A stretch of 64,000 nt of DNA from Clostridia bacterium. GTDB lineage: Bacteria > Bacillota > Clostridia > CAKSNL01 > HGM11501. Of the stretch, positions 46,579 to 56,157 are shown one piece after another. The notes under the pieces are model-generated. The model was not told the origin of the DNA and made no database searches. It saw only the letters and a program-made list of their open reading frames with translations. Location: assembly GCA_045545475.1 (NCBI GenBank), contig JAZQAZ010000034.1, positions 33,287 to 97,286 on the forward strand, in the 5' to 3' direction. The position numbers were made by a program, and so were the translations under genes. Position 1 is the first letter of the stretch. Each line of letters begins with the position of its first letter.

Positions 46579-47766
46579 ATGAAAATAAATCTTGCGGTGA
46601 TATTCGGAGGAAAAAGCGTTGAACATGAAGTGTCTGTAATATCTGCTGTTCAGGCGATGTACTCTCTGAATAAAGAAAAGTATGAAATCTTTCCTTTGTA
46701 TATGACAAAGAAAAATGAATTTTACACGGGAAAAAGACTCTTTGATATAGAAAATTATAAGGATATCCCGTCTCTTTTGAAAGGTTGCGAAAGAGTGATA
46801 TTTACTTCAGACGGTGATGAGGCTTATATTGAACATTATCCGGCAAAGAAATTCGGAAATAACCGCTTGGCCAGAATTGACGCAGCGTTGCCCATTGTCC
46901 ACGGCACCAATGTGGAGGACGGAATTCTTCAAGGTTATCTTGAAACTTTGGGTATTCCCTATGCGGGATGCGATGTTATATCAAGTGCAGTGGGAATGGA
47001 TAAATATGTAATGAAGGTTATGCTTAAAGAAGCCGGAGTAAATGTACTTCCCGGTTTTTGCTTTAGCTCAAAGGATTTTTACAGGGATCCTTCTGACATA
47101 CTTGATAAAATAGAACTTGAAATAGGTTATCCCGTAATCGTAAAACCCGTAAACTTGGGTTCCAGTGTGGGAATTAAAGTGGCATCCGACAGACAGAGCT
47201 TAGAAGCGGCACTTGAAAATGCGGCACTTTTCGCAGGAAGGATACTTACGGAAAGAGCGATAACAAATCTCAGGGAGATAAATTGCTCTGTACTTGGCGA
47301 TTATATGACGGCAAGAGCTTCGGTTTGCGAGGAGCCGCTGACGGCCGGAGAAATCCTGAGCTATGATGATAAGTATAAAGGCGGGACAAAGGGTTCAAAG
47401 GGCATGAGTTCGGCCATGAGAAAAATTCCGGCAGACCTTACGGAAGAAGAAAGAAATACAATTGAAGCCATGGCAGTTAAAACTTTCAGGGTTTTGGGAT
47501 GTGCAGGGGTCGCGAGAATAGACTGCATGATTGATAAGGACAGCGGAGAAATTTTTGTAAACGAGATAAATACGATTCCCGGTTCTCTTTCGTTTTATCT
47601 CTGGGAGCCTTCGGGAGTTACATATACGGAGCTGTTGGATGAGCTTATAGATATAGCATTGAAAAGAAATCGTGAAAAGCAGAAGCTGAGCTTCTCTTAT
47701 GATACAAATTTACTGTCTTTTAACTCACTTTCGGGTTTAAAAGGGGCAAAAGGTACAAAAAAATAA
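46579..47766 (+). CDS. ddl: D-alanine--D-alanine ligase (long form, 395 aa)
   Basis: MKINLAVIFGGKSVEHEVSVISA, ALPIVHGTNVEDG.LQG.LE..GIPY.G, and the ATP-grasp EINTIPG motif. Confidence 0.9.
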   Translation: MKINLAVIFGGKSVEHEVSVISAVQAMYSLNKEKYEIFPLYMTKKNEFYTGKRLFDIENYKDIPSLLKGCERVIFTSDGDEAYIEHYPAKKFGNNRLARIDAALPIVHGTNVEDGILQGYLETLGIPYAGCDVISSAVGMDKYVMKVMLKEAGVNVLPGFCFSSKDFYRDPSDILDKIELEIGYPVIVKPVNLGSSVGIKVASDRQSLEAALENAALFAGRILTERAITNLREINCSVLGDYMTARASVCEEPLTAGEILSYDDKYKGGTKGSKGMSSAMRKIPADLTEEERNTIEAMAVKTFRVLGCAGVARIDCMIDKDSGEIFVNEINTIPGSLSFYLWEPSGVTYTELLDELIDIALKRNREKQKLSFSYDTNLLSFNSLSGLKGAKGTKK

Positions 47767-47773
47767 AAAAAGC

Positions 47774-47802
47774 TTGACAAGAAGATGAGGTTATGCTATA
47801 GT
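47774..47802 (+). promoter_or_regulatory. Sigma-A-type promoter for rpmG-secE-nusG
   Basis: ttgaca, 17-nt spacer, tatagt. Confidence 0.5.
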
Positions 47803-47884
47803 AGTATTGCTTCATCTTCGGACGGAGCTTTTTTAGAGTGCAAAAAACGGGCCGGAAAGGCCGTTATTACAGGAGGTTTTAACA

Positions 47885-48034
47885 ATGAGAGTAAAGATTA
47901 CATTGGCATGCAGCGAATGCAAGCAGAGAAATTACGACACAGTAAAGAACAAGAAGAATACTCCCGACAGACTTGAACTTAGCAAATACTGTCCTTTCTG
48001 CCGTAAGCATACTATGCATAAAGAGGCTAAATAA
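47885..48034 (+). CDS. rpmG: 50S ribosomal protein L33
   Basis: Hand translation gives [49 protein letters not shown] after RBS aggagg. It is too short for the ORF track, whose 47785..47976 ORF is in the wrong frame. Confidence 0.9.
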   Translation: MRVKITLACSECKQRNYDTVKNKKNTPDRLELSKYCPFCRKHTMHKEAK

Positions 48035-48068
48035 TTTTGTTTAACTGAAGGAAGGAAGTGTACCTAAA

Positions 48069-48272
48069 ATGGCAGAGAAAAAGGGCAACATTTTCAAAAG
48101 AATCGTAAGATTTTTTAAGGACGTAAAATCTGAACTTAAGAGGGTTACCTGGCCTACAAAGAATCAGGCTGTTAAAAATACAGTTGTTGTATTGTTATTT
48201 TTAATAGTAATCGGTCTTTTCGTATTCTTGATTGACTTACTGTTCCAGGGAGTAGCAGGCTTTATCTGGTAA
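48069..48272 (+). CDS. secE: Preprotein translocase subunit SecE
   Basis: FFKDVKSELKRVTWPTK.....T..V followed by a single TM helix. Position between rpmG and nusG. Confidence 0.9.
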   Translation: MAEKKGNIFKRIVRFFKDVKSELKRVTWPTKNQAVKNTVVVLLFLIVIGLFVFLIDLLFQGVAGFIW

Positions 48273-48336
48273 ATCCCGTAAAGAGAATCGAAAGGAGGCT
48301 TTGTGCGTCGCTTGAGGGCGGCTGCACAGATTTGTC

Positions 48337-48864
48337 ATGGCTGATAGTTCTCAGGCTAAATGGTATGTAGCTCATACTTATTCGGGCTACGAAAATAAAG
48401 TTAAGGACAATATCGAAAAGTCCATCGAAAATCTCGGAATGCAGGATTTGATTTTTGAAGTTAAAGTTCCCGTGGAAGAGATTGTAGAAGAAAAGGAAAA
48501 CGGCGAAAAGAAAATTGTCCAGCATAAAATTTTCCCGTCTTATGTGTTCATTAAAATGATTATTACCAATGACAGTTGGTATGTTGTCAGAAACATAAGA
48601 GGCGTAACAGGTTTCGTAGGCCCCGGAAGCGATCCCGTTCCGCTTACGGAAGACGAAATCATCCGCATGAATATAGAAAAGAAAGAAGTTAAGGTTGATT
48701 TCGCAGAAGGCGACAGCGTAATTATTACAGACGGTCCCTTCAGAGATTATGTTTGCACAGTCGATAAAATCGACATGGACAAACAGGTTGTTACCGTACT
48801 TGTTCCCATGTTTAACGGCGATACTCCCGTTGAGCTTGAGTTCGGACAGGTTGACACATTATAA
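48337..48864 (+). CDS. nusG: Transcription termination/antitermination factor NusG
   Basis: KWYVAHTYSGYENKV, FPSYVFIKM and the KOW motif GDSVIITDGPF. Confidence 0.95.
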   Translation: MADSSQAKWYVAHTYSGYENKVKDNIEKSIENLGMQDLIFEVKVPVEEIVEEKENGEKKIVQHKIFPSYVFIKMIITNDSWYVVRNIRGVTGFVGPGSDPVPLTEDEIIRMNIEKKEVKVDFAEGDSVIITDGPFRDYVCTVDKIDMDKQVVTVLVPMFNGDTPVELEFGQVDTL

Positions 48865-48964
48865 GGTAACATTTTAAAGGTGATAAGCCGCATGCGGCTT
48901 GTTATAGTGGGAGGATGTTAAAGCATCCGCTCTTTACCACATTTTTTTAAGGAGGTGCAATTAG

Positions 48965-49390
48965 ATGGCTCAGAAAGTAGTAGGATACATTAAACTTCAG
49001 ATTCCTGCTGGTAAAGCGACTCCGGCTCCCCCCGTTGGTCCCGCTCTCGGTCCCTACGGTGTAAGCGCTCCTCAGTTTGCAAAGGAATTCAATGAGAGAA
49101 CATCAAAAGATGCAGGTCTCATCATTCCCGTTGTAATTACTGTTTACGCTGACAGAAGCTATTCCTTTATCACAAAGACTCCGCCTGCAGCAGTTCTTTT
49201 AAAGAAGGCTTGCGGACTTGAATCAGGAAGCGGCGTACCTAACAAGACAAAGGTTGCTACTGTAAAGAAAGAAGACGTAAGAAAGATCGCAGAGCAGAAG
49301 ATGCCTGACCTTAACGCGGCATCAATTGAAGCTGCAATGAGCATGGTTGCCGGAACGGCAAGAAGCATGGGCATTGTAGTAGAGGACTAA
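48965..49390 (+). CDS. rplK: 50S ribosomal protein L11
   Basis: [21 protein letters not shown]. Confidence 0.97.
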   Translation: MAQKVVGYIKLQIPAGKATPAPPVGPALGPYGVSAPQFAKEFNERTSKDAGLIIPVVITVYADRSYSFITKTPPAAVLLKKACGLESGSGVPNKTKVATVKKEDVRKIAEQKMPDLNAASIEAAMSMVAGTARSMGIVVED

Positions 49391-49454
49391 TCATTTAATT
49401 TAATTTTGTGGGAGAAAGCATTGACTTTCGCATGACCACAGGGAGGTTTTGAAA

Positions 49455-50141
49455 TTGGGTAAAAAGTATATAGATAGTGTTAAAACTATCAACTCCGCCG
49501 AATTATATGATCCCGCTGCTGCAGTAGCTCTTGCAAAGAGCACAGCAAAGGCGAAATTCGACGAGACAATTGAGTGCCACATCAGACTTGGTGTTGACTC
49601 AAGACATGCAGATCAGCAGGTTAGAGGTGCAATCGTTCTTCCTCACGGAACAGGTAAGAAGGTTAGAGCTCTTGTTTTCGCTAAGGGCGACAAGGTTCAG
49701 GAAGCACTTGATGCAGGTGCTGATTACGCAGGCGGCGAAGAACTCGTTGCAAAGATCCAGGGCGAAAACTGGTTCGAGTTTGACGTTGTTATAGCTACTC
49801 CCGATATGATGGGTGTAGTAGGACGTATCGGTAGGGTCCTCGGTCCTAAGGGACTTATGCCCAACCCCAAGTCCGGAACAGTTACCATGGACGTGGCAAA
49901 GGCTGTTGCAGAAGTTAAGGCCGGTAAAATCGAATACCGTCTTGACAAGACCAACATCATTCACTGCCCCATCGGTAAGGCTTCATTTACTGAAGATCAG
50001 CTTAAAGAGAACTTCGACGCTCTCTTAGGTGCTGTTATTAAGGCTAAGCCCGCTGCAGCTAAAGGTCAGTATATCAAGAGCGTTGCTGTAGCAAGCACAA
50101 TGGGCCCCGGTGTAAAAATTAATCCTGCAAAAGTTGGTTAA
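49455..50141 (+). CDS. rplA: 50S ribosomal protein L1
   Basis: GKKYIDS.., [15 protein letters not shown] and [11 protein letters not shown] 49455 lies 8 nt after gggagg; the track start at 49449 is only 2 nt from the RBS. Confidence 0.93.
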   Translation: MGKKYIDSVKTINSAELYDPAAAVALAKSTAKAKFDETIECHIRLGVDSRHADQQVRGAIVLPHGTGKKVRALVFAKGDKVQEALDAGADYAGGEELVAKIQGENWFEFDVVIATPDMMGVVGRIGRVLGPKGLMPNPKSGTVTMDVAKAVAEVKAGKIEYRLDKTNIIHCPIGKASFTEDQLKENFDALLGAVIKAKPAAAKGQYIKSVAVASTMGPGVKINPAKVG

Positions 50142-50150
50142 TTTTTATAC

Positions 50151-50179
50151 TTGACAAAATAAGGATTATATGATATTAT
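50151..50179 (+). promoter_or_regulatory. Sigma-A-type promoter for rplJL
   Basis: ttgaca, 17-nt spacer, tattat. Confidence 0.5.
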
Positions 50180-50182
50180 AAT

Positions 50183-50312
50183 CAACGCAGTTATCCATAG
50201 ACAGCAGGCATAAAGGTAAGTCCTGCCGAGGAAGGTGCAAAAATCCATGAGATTTATGCGGCTTTGTCTATGTGACCAAGCCGCTTTTTTGCGGCTATAA
50301 ATTAAGAAGGAG
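50183..50312 (+). promoter_or_regulatory. Candidate ribosomal protein L10 autoregulatory leader
   Basis: A structured 5' UTR of about 130 nt between the promoter and the rplJ RBS, ending in hairpin agccgc-tttttt-gcggct. L10 leaders are established in Firmicutes. The match is by position and shape only. Confidence 0.4.
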
Positions 50313-50321
50313 GTGCCACAT

Positions 50322-50909
50322 ATGCCCAGTACACAGATATTGGAACAGAAGAAGCAGTTGGTAAACGAAATGGTTGAGAAGTTCAAATCAGCTTCCGCCG
50401 GCGTTTTCGTTGACTATTGCGGTCTTACTGTTGAAGAAGATACAGAACTTCGTAGAAAGTTCCGTGAAGCAGGCGTTGAGTACAAGGTTGTAAAGAATAC
50501 TCTTACTTCAAGAGCAGCTAAGGAAGTTGGCTTAGAAGCATTGGATCCTATTCTTAACGGCCCCACAGCTCTCGCTATGAGCGTTGATAATCCCGTTGCT
50601 CCTGCAAAGATTATCGCAGAATTCGCTAAGAAGCACGAAGCACTTGAGGTTAAGGCAGGTTTCATGGATGGTGCAGTTATGTCCATTGATGAAGTAAATG
50701 TACTTGCTGCTACACCTACAAGAGAAGAACTCTTAGCAAAGATGATGGGAAGCATGAAGTCTCCTATTTCCGGCCTCGTAAGATTGCTTAATACAATCGT
50801 TGAAGGTGGAGTAGAGATGGTTGATCTCGCAGCTAATAAGGCTGCAGAAGCTGCTCCCGCAGAAGAAGCTACTGAAGCTCCCGCAGAGGAAGCTCCCGCA
50901 GCTGAATAA
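50322..50909 (+). CDS. rplJ: 50S ribosomal protein L10, with an Ala/Glu/Pro-rich C-terminal tail
   Basis: [35 protein letters not shown] 50322 lies 10 nt after aaggagg. Confidence 0.95.
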   Translation: MPSTQILEQKKQLVNEMVEKFKSASAGVFVDYCGLTVEEDTELRRKFREAGVEYKVVKNTLTSRAAKEVGLEALDPILNGPTALAMSVDNPVAPAKIIAEFAKKHEALEVKAGFMDGAVMSIDEVNVLAATPTREELLAKMMGSMKSPISGLVRLLNTIVEGGVEMVDLAANKAAEAAPAEEATEAPAEEAPAAE

Positions 50910-50965
50910 TTCCAGGCAATATTAAAAAGAAAAAAATAAAATTTTATAAACGGAGGTATATTAAA

Positions 50966-51337
50966 ATGGCAGATTTAAATCAGATCTTAGATTCCATTAA
51001 GGAATTAAAGTTATTAGAAGTTGCTGAACTCGTTAAGATGATGGAAGAGGAGTTCGGTGTTAGCGCAGCAGCTGCAGTAGTAGCAGCAGCTCCCGGTGCA
51101 GTAGCAGGTGCAGCTGCAGAAGAAAAGACAGATTTCGACGTAGTTCTTACAGAAGCAGGTGCAAACAAGCTTGCTGTTGTTAAGCTCGTTAAGGAAATCA
51201 CAGGTCTTGGTCTTAAGGAAGCTAAGGACGCTGTTGACAACGCTCCTTCTACCCTTAAGGAAGGCATCGGCAAGGAAGATGCTGAAAAGTATAAGGCTCA
51301 GCTTGAAGAAGCTGGTGCAAAGGTTGAACTTAAGTAA
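50966..51337 (+). CDS. rplL: 50S ribosomal protein L7/L12
   Basis: [19 protein letters not shown], an Ala-rich hinge, and [17 protein letters not shown]. Confidence 0.97.
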   Translation: MADLNQILDSIKELKLLEVAELVKMMEEEFGVSAAAAVVAAAPGAVAGAAAEEKTDFDVVLTEAGANKLAVVKLVKEITGLGLKEAKDAVDNAPSTLKEGIGKEDAEKYKAQLEEAGAKVELK

Positions 51338-51350
51338 TTTTGTTCATGTG

Positions 51351-51389
51351 AAAATCCGTCTGCATCTGCAGGCGGATTTTTGTTTTTTT
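51351..51389 (+). terminator. Strong terminator after rplL
   Basis: aaaatccgtctgca-tc-tgcaggcggatttt followed by tgttttttt. Confidence 0.85.
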
Positions 51390-51402
51390 GGGATAATATG
51401 TA

Positions 51403-51431
51403 TTGACAAAATAAGACAATTAAAGTATAAT
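51403..51431 (+). promoter_or_regulatory. Sigma-A-type promoter for the TM2 gene
   Basis: ttgaca, 17-nt spacer, tataat. Confidence 0.55.
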
Positions 51432-51459
51432 GAAACAAAATATATAGGAGGAATGAAAA

Positions 51460-51846
51460 ATGTTTTGTAAAAACTGTGGCGAAAGCATCAATGAAAATCA
51501 GGCAATTTGTGTTAAATGTGGCGTTAAAGTAGGAGATGGTTCTACATTTTGTGCTAACTGCGGGCAGACCGTGAATGGCGATGCAGACGTTTGTATGAAC
51601 TGTGGCGTCGCTATTAAAAAGGCTGCGGGCGGAAATCTCAACGGTCAGGATAAGGTTACAATGATTATCGTTTGCTTATTCCTCGGCGGTCTTGGTATAC
51701 ACAACTTTATGATGGGCGAAAGCAAGAAGGGCGTATTTAAGATAATAATGTCATTTTTGTGTGGCATCGGCGGTATCCTTGCTCTTATTGACCTTGTCAA
51801 AATTGCAATGGGTACTTACGTTGTAGATCCCACAAAGCTTGTTTGA
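51460..51846 (+). CDS. Zinc-ribbon plus TM2-domain membrane protein
   Basis: Three CxxC pairs (CKNCG, CVKCG, CANCG, CMNCG), then a TM2-like GGLGIHNFMMGESKKG. Confidence 0.8.
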   Translation: MFCKNCGESINENQAICVKCGVKVGDGSTFCANCGQTVNGDADVCMNCGVAIKKAAGGNLNGQDKVTMIIVCLFLGGLGIHNFMMGESKKGVFKIIMSFLCGIGGILALIDLVKIAMGTYVVDPTKLV

Positions 51847-52054
51847 TTTAGACTCGCTTCAAAAATGTGGATGTAGGAAATGTCGGTAGTGACTTACTGA
51901 TTCGTATTTACAATGTAAAAAAATGCAGGCACAACGTGTCTGCGTTTTTTTTGTGTTTTGCAGAGGCGAAATTACGACATGGAGTAAATGAGATTTTGAG
52001 ATGTTTTGCCTGACAATGCAAATGTTAAAAATTTCACAAAAATGCAAAAATATA

Positions 52055-52083
52055 TTGAAATGCAGCTTTTCATATGTTATAAT
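52055..52083 (+). promoter_or_regulatory. Sigma-A-type promoter for the 52119 operon
   Basis: ttgaaa, 17-nt spacer, tataat. Confidence 0.5.
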
Positions 52084-52118
52084 TTAGAAAAGATGATTTT
52101 TTTATATCGGAGAAACAG

Positions 52119-53417
52119 ATGAAAATAATAGTTACAGAGCTTATGAAAAAGTTAATACTGTTTATCCTGCTGCTTGGTTTTTTGTGGTTAGCTCTGGTAG
52201 GTGCTTGCACCATCCCCAATGAAAAAATCAGAGAAAATATGGAAAAAAGTGCACTTTACTATAAAAATACCGAGGCATTTTCTTATAAAAACGGTGAGAA
52301 GCTTAATGCCGTTTCCGACAATTATGCCGACAGTATACTTCTTAATCTGAGCTATAATATGGGGCGTGGTACATGCTTAAGGGCGAGTCTTGATACTGCA
52401 TATTATGCTGGAGAAGAAGGGCTTAATCTGGCACTTTACCGTACGGTACATGAGGATGTATTGCCTGATACAGCTTATACAAGATACTGGCACGGAACTG
52501 CGATGGTTGTACGATTTATGCATCTTTTTACCGATATTTCCGGGATAAAAACGGCAGGAATAATAAAGGTTATAATTTTTCTTTTTATAAATCTTTTTGT
52601 TCTAATAAAAAGGAAAAATTATGTAACTGCACTTTCTCTTTCGTTTGCAGCAGTTTTTATCCATATATGGAATGTGGGGCTTTCTCTTGAATATCAGAGT
52701 AGTTTTGTTATAGGTTTTCTTATGTGCATTCTGTTTCTTCAGGCAGAGCGGAAAAAGGAAAAAGCCTTATCATATATAGCACTTGCAGGTGGCGTTTTGG
52801 TTGCGTTTTTTGACTTTCTTACAACAGAAACCGTTGCGATTTTACTTCCGCTTATTCTTGTAACATCCGCAAGGCTGGAAGAAGGAAGGCTTAACGATAT
52901 TGAAAAATACGGAAAAACTCTTATAAACTGCGTCATATCCTATGCATCAGGCTATGCTCTTACATTTATTTCAAAGTGGGTTCTGGTAGGAGTTTTTACC
53001 GGAATGAACAGATTTTCAGAGGTTTTTTCTAAATCGCAGGCACTTTTTGAGAAAAGCGGTGAGACGGCAAACAATATATTTATCCGCATGATAAATGCAG
53101 TCGCGGCAAATTTTACAGTACTTTTTGGAGGGATTTATCGTATAGATTATTTTCTGGTGTTTATATACTTTGTCGTTATTTCTGTGTTGATATTATCTCT
53201 TTTATATCTTTTTGGAAAGAAGCGTAAAATAAATGGCTTGTTTCTTCTTCCTCTCTTAGGTGCAATAGTAATTTTGAGATACATTGCTTTGCCGGGGCAT
53301 TCCTATATGCATAATTTCTTTACATACAGAGCACTTATCTCAACACTTACGGCAATTTTTGCGACAACCGGAATCAGCATAACTTCAAGGCGGGTGAAAA
53401 AGAATGGAAAAGCTTGA
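52119..53417 (+). CDS. Polytopic membrane protein (432 aa), possible GT-C-type glycosyltransferase
   Basis: About 10 or more TM helices with an extracytoplasmic loop after TM1. 14-nt overlap with the downstream GT2 gene. The function is inferred from context only. Confidence 0.5.
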   Translation: MKIIVTELMKKLILFILLLGFLWLALVGACTIPNEKIRENMEKSALYYKNTEAFSYKNGEKLNAVSDNYADSILLNLSYNMGRGTCLRASLDTAYYAGEEGLNLALYRTVHEDVLPDTAYTRYWHGTAMVVRFMHLFTDISGIKTAGIIKVIIFLFINLFVLIKRKNYVTALSLSFAAVFIHIWNVGLSLEYQSSFVIGFLMCILFLQAERKKEKALSYIALAGGVLVAFFDFLTTETVAILLPLILVTSARLEEGRLNDIEKYGKTLINCVISYASGYALTFISKWVLVGVFTGMNRFSEVFSKSQALFEKSGETANNIFIRMINAVAANFTVLFGGIYRIDYFLVFIYFVVISVLILSLLYLFGKKRKINGLFLLPLLGAIVILRYIALPGHSYMHNFFTYRALISTLTAIFATTGISITSRRVKKNGKA

Positions 53418-54084
53418 ATTTACCATACTGATGCCCTGCCTGAACGAGGAAAAGTCCATAGGCTTCTGCATAAACGAAGCGAAAGAATATATAGAGAAAA
53501 ACAGCCTTTCGGCAGAAATTTTAATTGCGGATAACAAAAGCAGCGATTCTTCAAGAGAAATTGCTGAAAGTCTTGGAGCACGAGTGGTTATTTGTGAAGA
53601 TAAGGGCTACGGAAATACGCTTCGCAAAGGAATAAGAGAAGCAAAAGGAAAATACATAATAATGGGCGATTCCGACGGAAGCTATGATTTTTCCAATCTT
53701 TCGCCCTTCTGCGAAAAACTTCGTGAAGGCTATGACCTTGTAATGGGAAATCGGTTTTCCGGTAAAATAGAAAAAGGGGCAATGCCGTTTTTGCACAAAA
53801 TCGGAGTTCCTGCTCTTTCTCTTCTCGGAAGGCTTCGCTACGGCGTCAAAACAGGCGATTTTCATTCAGGGCTTCGGGGCTTTTTGAGAGAAGCTGCCAT
53901 GAAAATGGAATTTAAGGCTACGGGAATGGAATTTGCTACTGAAATAATCGGAAAATTTGCGGAAAAAAACAAAAAAATGTGTGAAGTGCCAATAAATTTA
54001 CGGTGCGACAAACGGGACGGAAAATCTCATATAAGAACATTCCGCGACGGATTAAGACACGTTTTTTTGATATTAAATAAGTAA
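53404..54084 (+). CDS. Family 2 glycosyltransferase (polyprenol-phosphate sugar synthase-like)
   Basis: FTILMPCLNEEKSIG, ILIADNKSSDSS and the DxD motif IIMGDSDGSYD. Confidence 0.85.
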   Translation: MEKLEFTILMPCLNEEKSIGFCINEAKEYIEKNSLSAEILIADNKSSDSSREIAESLGARVVICEDKGYGNTLRKGIREAKGKYIIMGDSDGSYDFSNLSPFCEKLREGYDLVMGNRFSGKIEKGAMPFLHKIGVPALSLLGRLRYGVKTGDFHSGLRGFLREAAMKMEFKATGMEFATEIIGKFAEKNKKMCEVPINLRCDKRDGKSHIRTFRDGLRHVFLILNK

Positions 54085-54107
54085 TCAATTTAAAAGGAGG
54101 ACAATAT

Positions 54108-55946
54108 ATGAAGAAAAAATTAAAGGGGCTCATTTCAATCTATCTTGCGGTGATTATGGCTTTATCTATGGCACTTTCAGCCTTTGCGGCAAATCCCGCA
54201 ATGCTTTATACGGGTGATGAGGCAATAGAAGTTAATGATAACAAAGACCACAGCGAGTTTGATGAAATCAATATAAATTTCAGTAAGAAGCTTAATAAAC
54301 AGATAGATGTGACTGTTCCCGACAATCATGAGCATACAGGCTGGAAAATCTGGGGAGCAAATGAATCCGGCGGTCTTAACTTCTACGAAGAACCTGACGA
54401 GGTTGATGTTGATTTTACGGTTACCGAAGATTATTATAATGAAATTGTTGACTTCGGTTATCTTTTGGTTATCGAGCCTGTGTTTACAGAAAAACACGAT
54501 CATTCTTACATCTATGAAGCAGACGGTGCGATCCTCACTGAAAGCTATGACTGCGGCTGTACGGGACATACAGAAACTGCTGAAATTGCAGCACCCGACG
54601 ACCTCGTTTATAACGGAAAAGCGAAAAAGGCGACGGTTTCCTATTCCGACAACTGGCAGGGCGGGAAGCTTGAAATCACCTATGCTCCTTCCGATATTAT
54701 AAATTGCGGAAGCATAGAAGCAAGCATTGAAAAAGATGGAGAAGTTGCAAGTATAACTTATGAAATTGCGGAAAAGCCCGTTGATGAAGAAATTGACCTT
54801 GCAAAGCCTAAGGCGAACAGGACTCCTGTGACAGAGCTTGAAACAGATGAATACAATGCTACGGTTTCCTGGGAGGCGGACGATGAAAGGTTTGGATACG
54901 AAACTGTTTATACGGCAACCATTGAAATAACTGCAAAGGCAAACTATACCACAGAGGGGGTAGAATTTACCGTTCCCGGTGCGGATGAAGTTTCGCAGGC
55001 GGGAGATACCGTTACAGCGGTATTCCCCAAGACAGGTAAGAAACATACCGGAAGCAGCGGAGGAGATACAGGGTCCAGAACATACAATGTACAGTTTGAA
55101 TCAAATGGCGGTAGCTATGTTAAAATTCAGAGCGTTGAAGAAGGAAAAAAGCTTATAGAGCCTGAAGAACCCACTAAGGACGGAGCTGAATTTGCAGGCT
55201 GGTATAAAGATACTGAACTTGCCGAAGAATATGATTTTGATGAAAAGGTAACGAAGGGCTTCACTCTCTATGCTGCCTGGACAGAAGATGAGGAAGATGT
55301 AACCGGCAAAGATGAAAAGGATAAAACCGACGGAAATGGCAAGGAAAGTGCAGACTCAACCGGTGGCGGAGATGACGAATGTGCGAGAAATATTGAATGT
55401 CCTATCACTCCTTTCAAGGACGGAAATCCGAAGGCCTGGTATCATGACGGTGTTCACTATTGTCTTGATAAAGAGTATATGATAGGTTGCGGGGATGACA
55501 TGTTTTATCCCAACGCTACACTTACCCGTGCGATGATTGTTACTATTCTCTGGAGAATAGACGGAGAAACAGAGGCGGAATATGAGCTTGAGTTTGCTGA
55601 CGTAAGTGAAGATGCGTACTATTATGTACCAGTTAAGTGGGCAAGTGCTGAGGGGATTGTTGCAGAGAGTGAAAATTTCAGACCCGACGAAGTGATTACA
55701 AGAGAAGAGTTTGCCGTGATGCTTTACAATTATGCAAAGTATAAGGGTATGGATATGACTGCGGGTGAAAATACCAATATTCTCTCCTACGAAGATTTTG
55801 ATAAGGTTTCTGAAGAAGCAATTCCCGCAATGCAGTTTGTGACATCAACAAAAGTTGTAATAGGTAAAACTTCTACTACATTAAATCCCAAGGATACTAT
55901 TACAAGAGCAGAATTTGCTGAAATGATATATAGATTTTTAGGATAA
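54108..55946 (+). CDS. Cell-surface protein with a Listeria-Bacteroides repeat and three C-terminal SLH domains
   Basis: Signal peptide. YNVQFESNGGS...G.....P.EPTKDGAEFAGWY.D......YDF...V....TLYAAW. SLH motifs (F.D..P.AWY...V.Y, FADVSEDAYYY..V.WA, ITREEFAVMLYNY). Confidence 0.85.
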   Translation: MKKKLKGLISIYLAVIMALSMALSAFAANPAMLYTGDEAIEVNDNKDHSEFDEININFSKKLNKQIDVTVPDNHEHTGWKIWGANESGGLNFYEEPDEVDVDFTVTEDYYNEIVDFGYLLVIEPVFTEKHDHSYIYEADGAILTESYDCGCTGHTETAEIAAPDDLVYNGKAKKATVSYSDNWQGGKLEITYAPSDIINCGSIEASIEKDGEVASITYEIAEKPVDEEIDLAKPKANRTPVTELETDEYNATVSWEADDERFGYETVYTATIEITAKANYTTEGVEFTVPGADEVSQAGDTVTAVFPKTGKKHTGSSGGDTGSRTYNVQFESNGGSYVKIQSVEEGKKLIEPEEPTKDGAEFAGWYKDTELAEEYDFDEKVTKGFTLYAAWTEDEEDVTGKDEKDKTDGNGKESADSTGGGDDECARNIECPITPFKDGNPKAWYHDGVHYCLDKEYMIGCGDDMFYPNATLTRAMIVTILWRIDGETEAEYELEFADVSEDAYYYVPVKWASAEGIVAESENFRPDEVITREEFAVMLYNYAKYKGMDMTAGENTNILSYEDFDKVSEEAIPAMQFVTSTKVVIGKTSTTLNPKDTITRAEFAEMIYRFLG

Positions 55947-56021
55947 ATTTATATTTCTGCGGGAGAGGAATCGGTAATACTTGACATTCTGCGGATACTT
56001 ATACTATTGATACAGAGTAAT

Positions 56022-56055
56022 AAAAAAGAGTAACAGCAACGCTGTTACTCTTTTT
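56022..56055 (+). terminator. Terminator after the SLH gene
   Basis: aaaaaagagtaacagc-aac-gctgttactcttttt. Confidence 0.85.
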
Positions 56056-56157
56056 CGTAAAATGAAAAAAGGGCTATGCAATTTGACAAATGGCAATAAT
56101 ATATGGTAAAATTATATAAGGTGGGTATTTTGGCTGAAGCAAAAGGAGAGTGGCGGA

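Noticed and set aside
47785-47976. 63-aa track ORF upstream of secE
   Set aside because: It is in the wrong frame. The real gene is rpmG (47885-48034), with a clear RBS and the canonical L33 Cys-ribbon sequence.
49391-49454. L1-binding autoregulatory site between rplK and rplA, and an L11-operon leader at 48865-48964
   Set aside because: Some GGGAG-containing hairpins are present, but I cannot match them confidently to the 23S L1-stalk mimic without an alignment, so they are not reported as features.
54177-55046. 289-aa ORF antisense to the SLH surface-protein gene
   Set aside because: It lies entirely inside a well-supported plus-strand gene. Its sequence is Cys/Phe/Arg/Ile-rich with no RBS or motif. 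This is the typical antisense artefact of a stop-poor frame opposite an acidic, GA-rich coding strand.
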